Shown one piece after another: positions 31,430 through 41,755 of a stretch of 64,000 nt of DNA. Numbering within the stretch: position 1 is the first letter of the stretch; the number at the start of each line of letters is the position of its first letter. This DNA comes from a candidate division FCPU426 bacterium (GTDB lineage Bacteria; Oederibacteriota; Muellerivitia; Muellerivitales; Muellerivitaceae), in assembly GCA_963830915.1 (NCBI GenBank), contig CAWHOE010000049.1, positions 23,334 through 87,333 on the forward strand, written 5' to 3'. The notes under the pieces were generated by a model. The model was not told the DNA's origin. It was given only the letters and a program-made list of their open reading frames with translations, and ran no database searches. The translations under genes were made by a program, and so were the position numbers.

Positions 31430-33598
31430 ATGTATCAATTGGGCGGGTTGATCAAATTTATAGCTCTGTCCTTCACCTTGTATATCATTTTTGTTTGGCA
31501 TTGTTCTTATTGGTCCCTGCTCCTCATCCTCCCCCTTTGGTACGTCCTGGCTTTGTTCGACAGCCTGAAACGGGGGGCCTTGTTCTTCAAAAAGATCGAA
31601 TGGGAACACGGTCCGTTCGATTATGAAACCTTGCCTCTGCCGGTCCGGGCCTATTTTATCGAGGGCGAGAAGTTCATCCTTTCCTCCGGTTTTTCCTTCA
31701 AGGAAGAGGGCCTCTCCACCGGCGGCACATACACTTTCGGTCGGAGCGAGATCAAAACCGTCATCAGGCTGTTCGAGAATCCCGCGACCGGGGAATGGGC
31801 CACCCAATCCTTCAGTTTCACCTGGAATCCAGGAACCATGCAGTGCCAGTTCATCGGGGCTCGGTGGCGTTTCATTTCGCTCGTCAAAGACTTGAACTGG
31901 GTCACGACGAACGCCCAATTCTTCTTTCCGACAGCGGAAGGGCCGGGGTTTAAAATCCGATACATCGATGAATTGGATGCTTCCGTTCTTTTGGGTAAAC
32001 ATCGGGAATGGGTGAAGACCGCCGGTATCGCTCCCTCGGCCATACCGTCCTCCTTCGGGCTGGGTGAATACGCCCAGAGATCGCACGATATGGAAATGGA
32101 AGTCATTCATAAAACCGGGAATGTTTTTTGGGACCAAAACCTGAACGGCTATCGGTATTCCTTCAATAGAACCAGCCGTTACATTGCCGAGTGGTTGGCT
32201 CGATATTTGAGGATCATAAAACCCGTGAAGCAAGGGATCGAAGGTCTCCGGCCATTTTTCTGGAGGATCCGCCCCAGCCCCGTTAACGATATCCTCCGGT
32301 CGACCCCGTCTTCTGAGGCGACCGGACTGCCTTCTTCCGAACAAAAAGTGGTCGCCTTCAAGATCGGGTTCATGAGTGTTTTCTTTAACCGCCTTTACAG
32401 TTCCGCTACGGGTCCTTGGCTGTCCTTTTTCGGTTTCATCATTCTCATACTTGGCATCATGAACTTTTACGACCTAAAAAGCGATTTTACATTCCTACAT
32501 TTGATCTATTGCCTCGCGGGCCTGTTCATGGATTTTGTATTGATGGTATTGGTCGTTTCTTTCATCGCCTTGTTTCTGCCTACCGGCGGACAAAGATATA
32601 CGGAAAGGTTCGGCAAGAGGCTCATGAAATTCTACGGGGATGTGATCTGTTTTGAATCCCCTCACGGGGTGACCACTTGCGTTTTGGGTAAATTTCCCGA
32701 GGCGCGAAAGGTCGGCAAGAAGTTTTGGGTCAAGATACCGGGGGTGGAAAGTTTCGTATTGAAACCCTCCCAGTTCGAGGGGGATGGTTACAAGGTTTTC
32801 CAGGAGGAAATGGAAAAGAAAAAGCTGGTACGGCCCTTCTTGTTGGCGGCCTTGGCGCCTTGGTTACTGATCGCGGCGCTTTTGACCCTGGTCTACGGCC
32901 TTTTTGACGTGGAATACATGAAGTATTCCTATCCGAAGACGGTGCAGGGTATCGCCGACAAGAATGAAGCGGTCTTTGTGGTCTCGCAAGAGGTTTTCCG
33001 CACGAAGAGCCTGCGGTTAGGCCGTTGGTGGAGCCCCATCCTGTATTTTTCCACGATGATGGAAGCGCGAAACATGGACTACGTAAGCAAGCCGAAGGTC
33101 GAAGTTTGGGAAGTCGATGGAACCGGGTTTAAAAACTTTCCCGTATCTTTATTGGGAAGAAATATTTTACACCTCGTTCCCGTGGGTCACGGGGTTTACT
33201 TGGTCACCAAAGACTATAATACCGGTATGGATTATGGCCCTGTTTATTTCATCTATCGGGTCAAAAAGGGGAAAGTGGAATTGGTTTTAGGCAAGGAAGC
33301 GAAGGATCTTTTACCTGAAGTTAGTAATGAAGAATTGGTTTTTTCTGCAGGTTGGAAACCCATCGAAACGGTCGACCAGGGCGCTAATAACTCGACCTCC
33401 ATCGAAACAGTTCTTCCGGGGGGATATGTTTATTTTGAAGAGAAGATGCATTTGAAAGCCGAGGATGGTTGGGAAAACACATTTGGCATCAAGAAAAACA
33501 ACGGGGTTATTTATTCGGAGAGGAATAGCCCGGATGATTTCATGGATAAAAGAATTCCGATTTCCCGTGAGGAGTATGAAGAGAGCCTGGGGAAGTAG
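31430..33598 (+). CDS. Large hypothetical membrane protein
   Basis: 722-aa ORF with several transmembrane segments; Shine-Dalgarno GAGGAG. Confidence 0.7.
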   Translation: MYQLGGLIKFIALSFTLYIIFVWHCSYWSLLLILPLWYVLALFDSLKRGALFFKKIEWEHGPFDYETLPLPVRAYFIEGEKFILSSGFSFKEEGLSTGGTYTFGRSEIKTVIRLFENPATGEWATQSFSFTWNPGTMQCQFIGARWRFISLVKDLNWVTTNAQFFFPTAEGPGFKIRYIDELDASVLLGKHREWVKTAGIAPSAIPSSFGLGEYAQRSHDMEMEVIHKTGNVFWDQNLNGYRYSFNRTSRYIAEWLARYLRIIKPVKQGIEGLRPFFWRIRPSPVNDILRSTPSSEATGLPSSEQKVVAFKIGFMSVFFNRLYSSATGPWLSFFGFIILILGIMNFYDLKSDFTFLHLIYCLAGLFMDFVLMVLVVSFIALFLPTGGQRYTERFGKRLMKFYGDVICFESPHGVTTCVLGKFPEARKVGKKFWVKIPGVESFVLKPSQFEGDGYKVFQEEMEKKKLVRPFLLAALAPWLLIAALLTLVYGLFDVEYMKYSYPKTVQGIADKNEAVFVVSQEVFRTKSLRLGRWWSPILYFSTMMEARNMDYVSKPKVEVWEVDGTGFKNFPVSLLGRNILHLVPVGHGVYLVTKDYNTGMDYGPVYFIYRVKKGKVELVLGKEAKDLLPEVSNEELVFSAGWKPIETVDQGANNSTSIETVLPGGYVYFEEKMHLKAEDGWENTFGIKKNNGVIYSERNSPDDFMDKRIPISREEYEESLGK

Positions 33599-33648
33599 TA
33601 AGGACAACATTGGTAATTTGAATGGTTAAAAAGGCTTTTATTTGATCT

Positions 33649-34218
33649 TTGTTGGTTCGTGAGGTGCTTGTTTTTATGGATCGATTCCAACTTTTAACCA
33701 CCAACCCGTATGTATATGGTTTGTTTGTGATAATTATCGGAATTGTGGGTACGGTCGGTTTGCTACTTTTATTTAGGACGATCAAAACACAATTAATCAA
33801 AAATAATTATATCCCGCCAAAGGCAGAAGAAAGACCGCCCCTGCTCATTGCTTTCGCGATCAGCTGGTTTTTCGCTTTTACATTGGGTTGTGTTTTTACT
33901 GGCGGACCGCTTGTCGCGATCACAGAAAGAAAATTCGACTTAGATATTTTAAAAGGTTCGGTTTTAATGATGGTTCTTCCGCCAATCGGTCTATTTGTAA
34001 GCACGTTGTGTGCGTTGTTCATAACCCCACTGGCCGCCTGGGCTCTTAGAACTGGCAGAAAAAACATCGTTTTATTCGGCCCTCTTTTATGGCTCTTCCT
34101 AGCGTCGTTCATCGTTTGGTCTGAATATATCGATAATGGTTATCTCGCGTTTTTAGGAACCCTATTCCTAAGCGCGGTAGGCTTAGGACTAATAGGGTTG
34201 ATACCGCCCAAGAAGTAA
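33649..34218 (+). CDS. Hypothetical membrane protein
   Basis: Hydrophobic ORF; the likely start is MDRFQ. Confidence 0.6.
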   Translation: MLVREVLVFMDRFQLLTTNPYVYGLFVIIIGIVGTVGLLLLFRTIKTQLIKNNYIPPKAEERPPLLIAFAISWFFAFTLGCVFTGGPLVAITERKFDLDILKGSVLMMVLPPIGLFVSTLCALFITPLAAWALRTGRKNIVLFGPLLWLFLASFIVWSEYIDNGYLAFLGTLFLSAVGLGLIGLIPPKK

Positions 34219-34260
34219 TGAATTGATGGGGCAGGCAAAGGGCTTTGGGGCTAAATCAGT

Positions 34261-34512
34261 TTGTGGAGAGGTGAGAAATTGATTTGGAGATGGTTATTAG
34301 CCCTGTTTTTGCTATTGATCACTCTTTGGTTGGGTAATTTGGCTTTGGGTTATATCTGGGCGGCATCGTTTTCCGCAAGACCGGATTTCAATCCCAAACC
34401 ATATCTACATCTTGCGAATTTAACTGTGTGTTTGTTCGGGGCCTTTTTTGTTTCTTTCGTTTTATTGGTTGTAATGAATGTGAGGGCGCAAATAAAAAAG
34501 AGTCGGAATTAA
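34261..34512 (+). CDS. Hypothetical membrane protein
   Basis: Two transmembrane segments. Confidence 0.5.
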   Translation: MWRGEKLIWRWLLALFLLLITLWLGNLALGYIWAASFSARPDFNPKPYLHLANLTVCLFGAFFVSFVLLVVMNVRAQIKKSRN

Positions 34513-34564
34513 AATATTAGACCGGGATTAGGTAATTTACTGTTTTCGTTGAGGAGTAGAAACA

Positions 34565-35098
34565 ATGAATATATTAACCAAAGCAGAAGGTGAAAATTGG
34601 CTCCGGGAACACCAACTTCCAACGAACCAAGAAAATTTAACCCAATTTTATAGGAATAAGATTTCTTATTTAATTGATAAAGATTCAGGAGTGAAAACCG
34701 CACTTTCAAGAAGTCTTTTGGGATTTATCAAAGAGTCATTGGGTGATAACGAGGGCGTATTTTGGATAACTGAATGGGGTATATGGCCGAGCAGTGAAAA
34801 CCAGACTTTATTTTATGCTTATCGGAAAACATTAGGCGAAGAACGGACAATCATTAACGTTCCTTTTCACGTTTTTAATAAAAATGATCTGGACTCAATG
34901 GAGTGTTTGGTAGATTTGGCTTTGTATTTTATTTGGGGCTTCATGCTGATTATTCGTGAGGGGAAAACTATCATTCGGGTAAGTCACGATGAGTCCATAG
35001 AAGTTTATTCTCAAGAAGACGCCGAATTGACCAAGTATAAAAATTTGTTCGAGGGTTTTGAATTTCCGAAATTCACGGGATTTAAAAAGGTTCGATAA
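34565..35098 (+). CDS. Hypothetical protein
   Basis: Shine-Dalgarno GAGGAG; 177-aa soluble ORF. Confidence 0.7.
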   Translation: MNILTKAEGENWLREHQLPTNQENLTQFYRNKISYLIDKDSGVKTALSRSLLGFIKESLGDNEGVFWITEWGIWPSSENQTLFYAYRKTLGEERTIINVPFHVFNKNDLDSMECLVDLALYFIWGFMLIIREGKTIIRVSHDESIEVYSQEDAELTKYKNLFEGFEFPKFTGFKKVR

Positions 35099-35190
35099 TA
35101 AGGATGGCTTGAAAGGAATTATTGATCCAAGGTTAGGTGATTCTCTGTTTTCGGGTCTGACACCGCCAATAATTCGGAACAAGGCATGAA

Positions 35191-35682
35191 GTGATGAAAA
35201 AAGTAACGAAATTTACCCCGGCCTATTGGTTTGATCTGGCTGTATTGTTCTTCATTATTTGTTATCTAGTGGTACGCACCGATCTGCAAGATTACGGGAA
35301 GATTTTATCGTTATGGATATTATTAATACTGATCTATTTTATTGGCGCATTGAAGATCCTTCTGTTCAAGGATTTTAAATCTCTATCTAATGAAGAATTA
35401 AATCCACTGGAGATCACCTTAAAGAAGAGAATATTTTATGGTTTTTTATTTTTAATTTTTCTTTTCGGGACTTTCATCAGTATTTATTTCACCGTTACAT
35501 ACTATGACCGTGGAATTGACGCGCTTTGGTTTAGGACTCTGAATAGTGGGATAATTTCTTTTGTGTTTAGTATTATTTTCGGTATCAGAGTTTATACCGG
35601 TAAAAGGCTTCGAGCCTTTAAATGGTTAAAACCCGAATGGGGTGAAAAGTTAAGGCGTGTTTTGGGGCTTAAATCCGACTAG
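35191..35682 (+). CDS. Hypothetical membrane protein
   Basis: Four transmembrane segments. Confidence 0.6.
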   Translation: MMKKVTKFTPAYWFDLAVLFFIICYLVVRTDLQDYGKILSLWILLILIYFIGALKILLFKDFKSLSNEELNPLEITLKKRIFYGFLFLIFLFGTFISIYFTVTYYDRGIDALWFRTLNSGIISFVFSIIFGIRVYTGKRLRAFKWLKPEWGEKLRRVLGLKSD

Positions 35683-35754
35683 ATATTGCATGGATGTTTC
35701 GTTTAATTTAAAAGTAGGCTGTAATGCTGTCAGCGTTGCTTACAATGGGGAGCC

Positions 35755-36546
35755 ATGAATATCCGCGAACTAATTAGAGCCATCGGCGCGTACGCCATCT
35801 ATTTCATCGACGAGATGGGCCAGATGGTCTATCTGACGGTGCGCATCAACCTCTGGATGTTCCGGAAGCCCTTCGACGGCAAGCTCATCTTCCAACAAAT
35901 GGTCCGGGTGGGGGTGGAATCCATCCCCGTGGCCATGACCACCGCCTTCTTCACCGGCATGGTGGTGGCCCTGCAATCCGGCTATACCCTGGAAACCAAA
36001 ATGAAGGGCATCTCCCAATTCCTGGGGGCGGTGGTTAGCCTGTCGCTGGTGCGCGAACTGGGCCCGGTCTTGACCGCCATGGTAATCGCGGGTCGGATGG
36101 GGTCCGCCGTGGCGGCGGAGATAGGCACCATGCAGGTGACCGAGCAGATCGACGCCTTGTCCACCTTGGCGGCCAACCCGGTTAAGTACCTGGCGGTGCC
36201 GAGGTTCCTGGCCTTCACTTTCATGCTGCCCTTCTTGACCATCTTCGCCGACATGACCGGCTGGCTGGGCGGGCTGATGGTCTGCACGCTGAAGTTCACC
36301 CCCTCTACCGTCTATATCGACTCTACCCGGGCCACGCTGGTGACGGGCGACATCATGGGAGGCCTGATCAAGGCGGTCGTATTCGGCGCCATCATCGCCG
36401 TCGTGTCCTGCCGGCAGGGCTTTTCCACCACCAACGGCGCGGAAGGCGTGGGCCTGTCCACGACCCACGCGGTGGTCTATTCCTTCATGTCCATATTGGT
36501 CTCGGACTATTTCCTGACCGCCATCCTGACCACCCTGAACATCTAA
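35755..36546 (+). CDS. mlaE: MlaE-family ABC permease
   Basis: RELGPVLTA...GR.GSA.AAEIGTM.VTEQIDAL. Confidence 0.95.
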   Translation: MNIRELIRAIGAYAIYFIDEMGQMVYLTVRINLWMFRKPFDGKLIFQQMVRVGVESIPVAMTTAFFTGMVVALQSGYTLETKMKGISQFLGAVVSLSLVRELGPVLTAMVIAGRMGSAVAAEIGTMQVTEQIDALSTLAANPVKYLAVPRFLAFTFMLPFLTIFADMTGWLGGLMVCTLKFTPSTVYIDSTRATLVTGDIMGGLIKAVVFGAIIAVVSCRQGFSTTNGAEGVGLSTTHAVVYSFMSILVSDYFLTAILTTLNI

Positions 36547-36555
36547 GGACCATCC

Positions 36556-37317
36556 ATGACCAAAGCCCTGATCCAACTCAAGCAAGTCTCCAAGAGCTTC
36601 GGCGACCGCCGGGTGCTGGACAAGCTGGACCTGGACGTGTTCCAGGGCGAGACGCTGGCCATCATCGGGCGCTCGGGCGTGGGGAAGAGCACCATCCTCA
36701 AGCACATCGCTGGGCTGACGGAGCCGGACTCGGGCCAGGTGTGGGTGGAAGGCCAGGAGATAGAGCATATGGGCGAGAGGGACATGAACGAACTGCGCAA
36801 GAAGATGGGCGTGGTGTTCCAGAACGCGGCCCTGTTCGATTCGCTCACGGTCTTCGAGAACATCGCCTTTAGGCTGCTGCGGGATTACGAGATGCCGGAG
36901 AAGAAGGCGCTGGAGGTGGTCCGCCAGAAGCTGGAACTGGTCGGCCTGAAGGACGACCTGCTGGAACTGAAACCCTCCCAGCTCTCGGGCGGGATGCGCA
37001 AAAGGGTGGGGCTGGCCCGGGCCATCGCGGTGGACCCGGAGATCATCCTGTACGACGAGCCGACCTCGGGGCTGGACCCGGTCACCTCGGAGGCCATCAA
37101 CGGGCTCATCCTGGATATGCAGGAAAAGCTGAAAGTGACCTCGGTGGTGGTGACCCACGACATGCATAGCGCCTACAAGGTGGCTAACCGGATAGCCATG
37201 ATATATGATGGCAAAATTATCGGGACCGGGACGCCGGAAGAGATCAGGGAGAGCCGGGATCCTTATATTCACCAGTTCGTGACGGGCAGTGTGGAAGGGC
37301 CCATGCCGATAAGATAG
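36556..37317 (+). CDS. mlaF: MlaF/Mkl-family ABC ATPase
   Basis: GRSGVGKS, LSGGMRKRVGLARA and YDEPTSGLDP motifs. Confidence 0.93.
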   Translation: MTKALIQLKQVSKSFGDRRVLDKLDLDVFQGETLAIIGRSGVGKSTILKHIAGLTEPDSGQVWVEGQEIEHMGERDMNELRKKMGVVFQNAALFDSLTVFENIAFRLLRDYEMPEKKALEVVRQKLELVGLKDDLLELKPSQLSGGMRKRVGLARAIAVDPEIILYDEPTSGLDPVTSEAINGLILDMQEKLKVTSVVVTHDMHSAYKVANRIAMIYDGKIIGTGTPEEIRESRDPYIHQFVTGSVEGPMPIR

Positions 37318-37321
37318 ACAG

Positions 37322-37605
37322 ATTGAACCACGGATTACGGAAACGGCAAATTTTGCCACAGATGAACACAGATAAACACAGATGAGGATTTAGGGAAGCA
37401 AAAACGGCTTTCACCACGGAGACACAGCTAAGAAACGACGAAACCAATTTTGCCACAGATGAACACAGATAAACACAGATGAGAATTTAGGGAAGCAAAA
37501 ACGGCTACACCTGTTTTTTTTAGCGCTGATAAACACAGATTTGAATTTGGTTTAGAAACAAAAGTTTGATTTTTTATCTGTGTTCATCTGTGTCCATCTG
37601 TGGTT
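37322..37605. repeat. Stacked family B element with a duplicated left arm
   Basis: GCCACAGATGAACACAGATAAACACAGATGAG..TTTAGGGAAGCAAAAACGGCT twice; right arm ATCTGTGTTCATCTGTGTCCATCTGTGGTT. Confidence 0.88.
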
Positions 37606-37640
37606 AACATTTTTTACGTCTTTAAGGGGATATTAAGAGC

Positions 37641-38492
37641 ATGACCAACGAATTCAAAGTCGGGCTGATGGTGGTGGCCGCGGGGTCCCTCCTGATGATC
37701 GCCATCCTGTTCGTCACCAATTTCCATTTCGCCCCCGGGGGCTACGTGATCACGGCGGAATTCAACTTCCTCGGCGACCTGAAAGAGAACGCCCCGGTGG
37801 AATACGCCGGCGGGATCAAGGTGGGCGAGGTCAGCGCCATCCGTATCAAGGACGGCAAGGCGGCGGTGGACCTTTTCATCAACCGGGACGATTTCAAACT
37901 GCGCCGCGACTCCCAGGTGGCCATCTACAGCGCCGGATTGCTGGGTTCCCGCTATATCCAGATCGCTTCCGACCTGGGGACGGGGGAACTCCTCAAGACG
38001 GGCGATGTCATCGAGGGACTGGACGCCAACAACCTGGACAAGACCTTCAGCCAGCTGGGCGACGTGTTGGAAACCTTCGAGAAGATGATGGGCGACCCCA
38101 AAGCGAAGGAGAACTTCCTCCATTCCTTCGACAACATGAACAAGACCACGGATAACCTGCTGCAACTGACCATCGCCAGCCGGGCGAAGATCGAGAAGAT
38201 ACTGGAAAACCTGTCCAATTCCAGCGGCAAGGCCGACAAGATCATCGACAGCGCCCAAAGGGTCTCCAAGAGCCTGGAACTGCTGACCGCGTCCCTGGAC
38301 AAGAACCAGGTCAAGGAATCGATGAACAATCTGGATATCACCCTGAAGAACATGAAACAACTCACCAACGACATCCACAACGGCAAGGGCGTGGTGGGGG
38401 TCTTGATGCAGGATGAGAAAACGGCGGACGATATCAGGGACCTGGTGGAGGACCTGAAGGTGCATCCGTGGAAACTGCTCTGGAAGAAGTAA
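37641..38492 (+). CDS. mlaD: MCE/MlaD family protein
   Basis: EFKVG, L...APV.Y.GIKVGEV..I and GLLGSRYI motifs. Confidence 0.9.
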   Translation: MTNEFKVGLMVVAAGSLLMIAILFVTNFHFAPGGYVITAEFNFLGDLKENAPVEYAGGIKVGEVSAIRIKDGKAAVDLFINRDDFKLRRDSQVAIYSAGLLGSRYIQIASDLGTGELLKTGDVIEGLDANNLDKTFSQLGDVLETFEKMMGDPKAKENFLHSFDNMNKTTDNLLQLTIASRAKIEKILENLSNSSGKADKIIDSAQRVSKSLELLTASLDKNQVKESMNNLDITLKNMKQLTNDIHNGKGVVGVLMQDEKTADDIRDLVEDLKVHPWKLLWKK

Positions 38493-38501
38493 AAAACGCC
38501 C

Positions 38502-38880
38502 ATTGAACCACCAAGGGCACCAAGTTCACCAAGAACGGCAAAGATAAACACAGATACACCTATGGGGAAGCAAAAGAAGCTTTGAACCACAGAGTCGCAC
38601 AGAGTCACACAGAGTAAAGAAACAACATTCCGTTGGATTTCTTGTTAAAACGCAGACAACCTGTTTTTACCTTGTAGTTACAGACTTTATCCGGTTTTAA
38701 AACTATTCTAGAAGTGATTTTTAATTACTTTTTTGTTTAATCAATCGAGTTGTTTTTGATTTTTTAAACTCTGTGTGACTCTGTGCGACTCTGTGCCGAT
38801 TATCCAATTAATAAATATTGGTAATCGGTACTATACCGACCTCTATAAAAGCTTTATGGAAGGTCGGCATGTGGTTCAAT
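38502..38880. repeat. Stacked family C arm, family B remnant and paired family A element
   Basis: ATTGAACCACCAAGGGCACCAAGTTCACCAAG; TTGAACCACAGAGTCGCACAGAGTCACACAGAGT ... ACTCTGTGTGACTCTGTGCGACTCTG[insert]TGTGGTTCAA. Confidence 0.88.
38794..38869 (+). mobile_element. Double-hairpin miniature insertion element, copy 4 (76 bp)
   Basis: Same ends and core; duplicated TG. Confidence 0.88.
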
Positions 38881-38910
38881 TTGTTTTAATATTTTTTTAA
38901 AGGAGAAGTC

Positions 38911-39603
38911 ATGAAGAACGCGATGAAGTTGTTGATGGCGATGATATTGATCCAGGCCGGTTTATTCCTGGCCGGGTTGGGGAAGGCCCAGGCCTTCGAG
39001 GGAACGGTGGATTATCACGTCAAGGCCGGCGACCACGAAAGCGACATCGAGTACATCATCAAGGGCACTAAATTGCGTTTCAACGTCAGCCAGAAAGCCC
39101 ACGCGGCGGCGGGCATCGTGGACCTGACGGCGAAGACCATGATCATTATGATGCCCCAGCAGAAGATGTACATGAGCCAGCCTTTCCCTGATTACAAGAA
39201 GGTGGCGGAAGCCTCCAAGGGCAAATTCTCCAAGACCGGCAATACCGAAACCATCTTGGGTCATACCTGCGATGAATATGTCTACACCACCGAGAACGGG
39301 GCGGCCCATGTGTGGCTGGCCAAGGGCATCGGGATGTTCCAGGGCCTATTTCAGAACAAACCCACCGAGATGGATTCCTGGGTCACCCTGGTCAAGTCCA
39401 AGGGCCTGTTTCCCCTGAAGTCCTCCTACCAGGACAAGGACGGCAAGGAAAAGTCCTCCATGGTGGCCACCAAGCTGTCCAAAGAGGCCGTGGATGATAG
39501 TGTTTTCGTGCCTCCCGCGGATTATAAAGAAATGAAGATGCCCAAAGTGGATATGAGTCAATTGGGCTCGTCCATGTCGGGGGTCAAGATACCTGGATTT
39601 TGA
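38911..39603 (+). CDS. DUF4412-like secreted protein
   Basis: AQA-FEG, KTGNTETILGHTC.EY and DDSVF.PP.DY motifs. Confidence 0.75.
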   Translation: MKNAMKLLMAMILIQAGLFLAGLGKAQAFEGTVDYHVKAGDHESDIEYIIKGTKLRFNVSQKAHAAAGIVDLTAKTMIIMMPQQKMYMSQPFPDYKKVAEASKGKFSKTGNTETILGHTCDEYVYTTENGAAHVWLAKGIGMFQGLFQNKPTEMDSWVTLVKSKGLFPLKSSYQDKDGKEKSSMVATKLSKEAVDDSVFVPPADYKEMKMPKVDMSQLGSSMSGVKIPGF

Positions 39604-39638
39604 GTGACTGGTTGTATAATGGGGAACCTCAAATAATT

Positions 39639-39664
39639 CACCACCAAGACACCAAGGCACCAAG
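39639..39664 (+). repeat. Family C repeat arm, solo
   Basis: CACCACCAAGACACCAAGGCACCAAG. Confidence 0.8.
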
Positions 39665-39756
39665 AAAGGCTTTTTTTTGATGCCGAAAAAATCAAAAAGG
39701 TAATTATTAGGGGTACCCTAATGACACATCGTAAAAAATCATTTAAGGAGGCTTGA

Positions 39757-40047
39757 ATGCTGACACATCGGATCGTGGCTTATTTGATCGGGCTGGCGGT
39801 GGGATATTGGGTCCTGACCCTGGCTGAGAAAGAGAAGAATTTCAACAAGACCCTGGGAAAGATCATCGGCGGGATCATCATCGTGGTCTCCCTGATCGGC
39901 CCCCTTTGCATCGCGGGCAAATGCATGATGGGCAAATGCGAGATGGGTTCGGGATGCTGTTCCTCCATGTCGAGCTGCCCGATGGAAAAGGGCGGGGCCC
40001 CCATGGCCATGCCCGGCATGACGGACGACCAGAAAAAAGCCAAGTAA
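39757..40047 (+). CDS. Small membrane protein with Cys/Met-rich tail
   Basis: Shine-Dalgarno AAGGAGG; GYWVL.LA.KE...LGK; two transmembrane segments. Confidence 0.75.
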   Translation: MLTHRIVAYLIGLAVGYWVLTLAEKEKNFNKTLGKIIGGIIIVVSLIGPLCIAGKCMMGKCEMGSGCCSSMSSCPMEKGGAPMAMPGMTDDQKKAK

Positions 40048-40067
40048 ACTAAACCTAAGTTTTACCC

Positions 40068-40102
40068 AAGGGCTCCCTGTTTCAGGGAGCCCTTTTTTAT
40101 TT
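40068..40102 (+). terminator. Intrinsic terminator
   Basis: AAGGGCTCCCTG-TTT-CAGGGAGCCCTTTTTT. Confidence 0.88.
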
Positions 40103-40147
40103 GTGTTAGTAGGTATACGAGTGTATACTACCGAAACATAAAGCATT

Positions 40148-40323
40148 AACCACTGAGTACGGAAACGACAAAACCAGTTTTAGCCACCGATGAACACAGA
40201 TAAACACAGATGAAAATTTAGGGAAACAAAAAGAGATTTTAACTACTGAGTAAAGACTGTCGGTTTTTGCGATAAATTTTAAATGTTTAATCAAATCGGA
40301 GTTAATCGGTGTTTATCGGTGGC
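40148..40323. repeat. Family B paired element
   Basis: GCCACCGATGAACACAGATAAACACAGAT ... ATCGGAGTTAATCGGTGTTTATCGGTGGC. Confidence 0.82.
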
Positions 40324-40350
40324 AAAATCTTGTTTGGAAAGTAGTTAAAA

Positions 40351-41754
40351 ATGGCAAAGATCAAGACACAGTACGTTTGCAGTAATTGCGGGGCGGTCTC
40401 CATCCGCTGGCAGGGGAAGTGCTCCACCTGCAACGAATGGAACACCTACGCGGAGGAAACAACCGGCAAGGCCAAGGTCAAGACCGAGGAAAGAGGGCGG
40501 CAACTTTCCAGCCCCGCCGAGGCCGTCGTTGGACCTGTATCCTTGGACGAGATCGAGGTGGACGACGGGTTCCGCCTCCAAACCGGTTTGAACGAGTTCG
40601 ACCGGGTCCTGGGCGGGGGCATCGTGCCGGGGGAGACGGTCATCATCGGGGGCGACCCGGGTATCGGCAAGTCCACCCTTTTGCTGCAAGTGGGGGACAA
40701 ACTGACCGCCCTGCAGAAACAGGGACAGGGCAAATGCCTGTATGTGACGGGCGAGGAATCGGCCCAGCAGATCAAGTTACGGGCCGAAAGGCTGGGCATC
40801 CGTTCCAACAACCTCTATATATTCCCCGAAACCGACGTGCAGACCATCCTGGCCCAGATCGAGAAGACCAAGCCCGTCCTGACCATCATCGACTCCATCC
40901 AGACCCTGTTCATGTCCGATATCCCCTCGGCCCCGGGCAGCGTATCCCAGGTGAGGGAATCGGCGGCGAGGCTGATCTACCTGGCCAAAAGGGAAAAGCT
41001 TCCCCTGTTCCTCATCGGCCACGTGACCAAGGAAGGGAACATGGCGGGCCCCATGACCCTGGAACACATGGTGGACGCGGTCCTTTATTTCGAGGGCGAC
41101 ATGCAGAGACAGTACCGCCTGCTTCGGGCGGTCAAGAACCGCTTCGGGAGCACCCAGGAAATCGGCATCTTCGAGATGAGGGAGGACGGGCTTCAGGAAG
41201 TCGCCGACGCCTCCAAGGCTTTCCTGGACGACCACTTCGTCCACAGTTCCGGGTCGGTCATCACCGCCAGCCTGGAAGGCACCAGGCCCCTGTTGTTGGA
41301 AGTGCAGGCCCTGGTCAGTTCCACCAATTTCGGCGTGCCCCAGAGAAGGTCCGCCGGCATCGACCCCAACCGCCTGGCCTTGATACTGGCCATCCTGGAA
41401 AAAAGGATGGGCATGGCCCTTTCCACCCAGGACGTGTTCCTGAACATCGCGGGGGGCATCCGGGTGATGGAACCTTCCATCGACCTGAGCGTGGCCACCG
41501 CCGTGGCCTCCTCCTTCCGGGAAGTTCCGGTCGAGGCCGATACCCTGGTGTTGGGCGAGCTGGGACTGTCGGGCGAGGTGAGGGCGGTCTCGCAGATCGG
41601 GCCCCGCATCGCCGAGGCGGCCCGCCTGGGCTTCAAGCAGGCCATCATCCCCCATGGGAACGTGAAGGCGGTTTCCCTGTTGCCCGACCATCCCATGGAG
41701 ATACTCGGCGTCAAGACCTTGGCGGAGGCCATCGGGATTTTGGTGACCCGCTGA
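40351..41754 (+). CDS. radA: DNA repair protein RadA/Sms
   Basis: Zinc finger CSNCG...C..C; GDPGIGKST; KNRFG. Confidence 0.97.
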   Translation: MAKIKTQYVCSNCGAVSIRWQGKCSTCNEWNTYAEETTGKAKVKTEERGRQLSSPAEAVVGPVSLDEIEVDDGFRLQTGLNEFDRVLGGGIVPGETVIIGGDPGIGKSTLLLQVGDKLTALQKQGQGKCLYVTGEESAQQIKLRAERLGIRSNNLYIFPETDVQTILAQIEKTKPVLTIIDSIQTLFMSDIPSAPGSVSQVRESAARLIYLAKREKLPLFLIGHVTKEGNMAGPMTLEHMVDAVLYFEGDMQRQYRLLRAVKNRFGSTQEIGIFEMREDGLQEVADASKAFLDDHFVHSSGSVITASLEGTRPLLLEVQALVSSTNFGVPQRRSAGIDPNRLALILAILEKRMGMALSTQDVFLNIAGGIRVMEPSIDLSVATAVASSFREVPVEADTLVLGELGLSGEVRAVSQIGPRIAEAARLGFKQAIIPHGNVKAVSLLPDHPMEILGVKTLAEAIGILVTR

Positions 41755-41755
41755 G

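Noticed and set aside
27425..35682. Integron cassette array
   Set aside because: No integrase and no convincing attC (RYYYAAC...GTTRRYY hairpins of adequate length) in the spacers.
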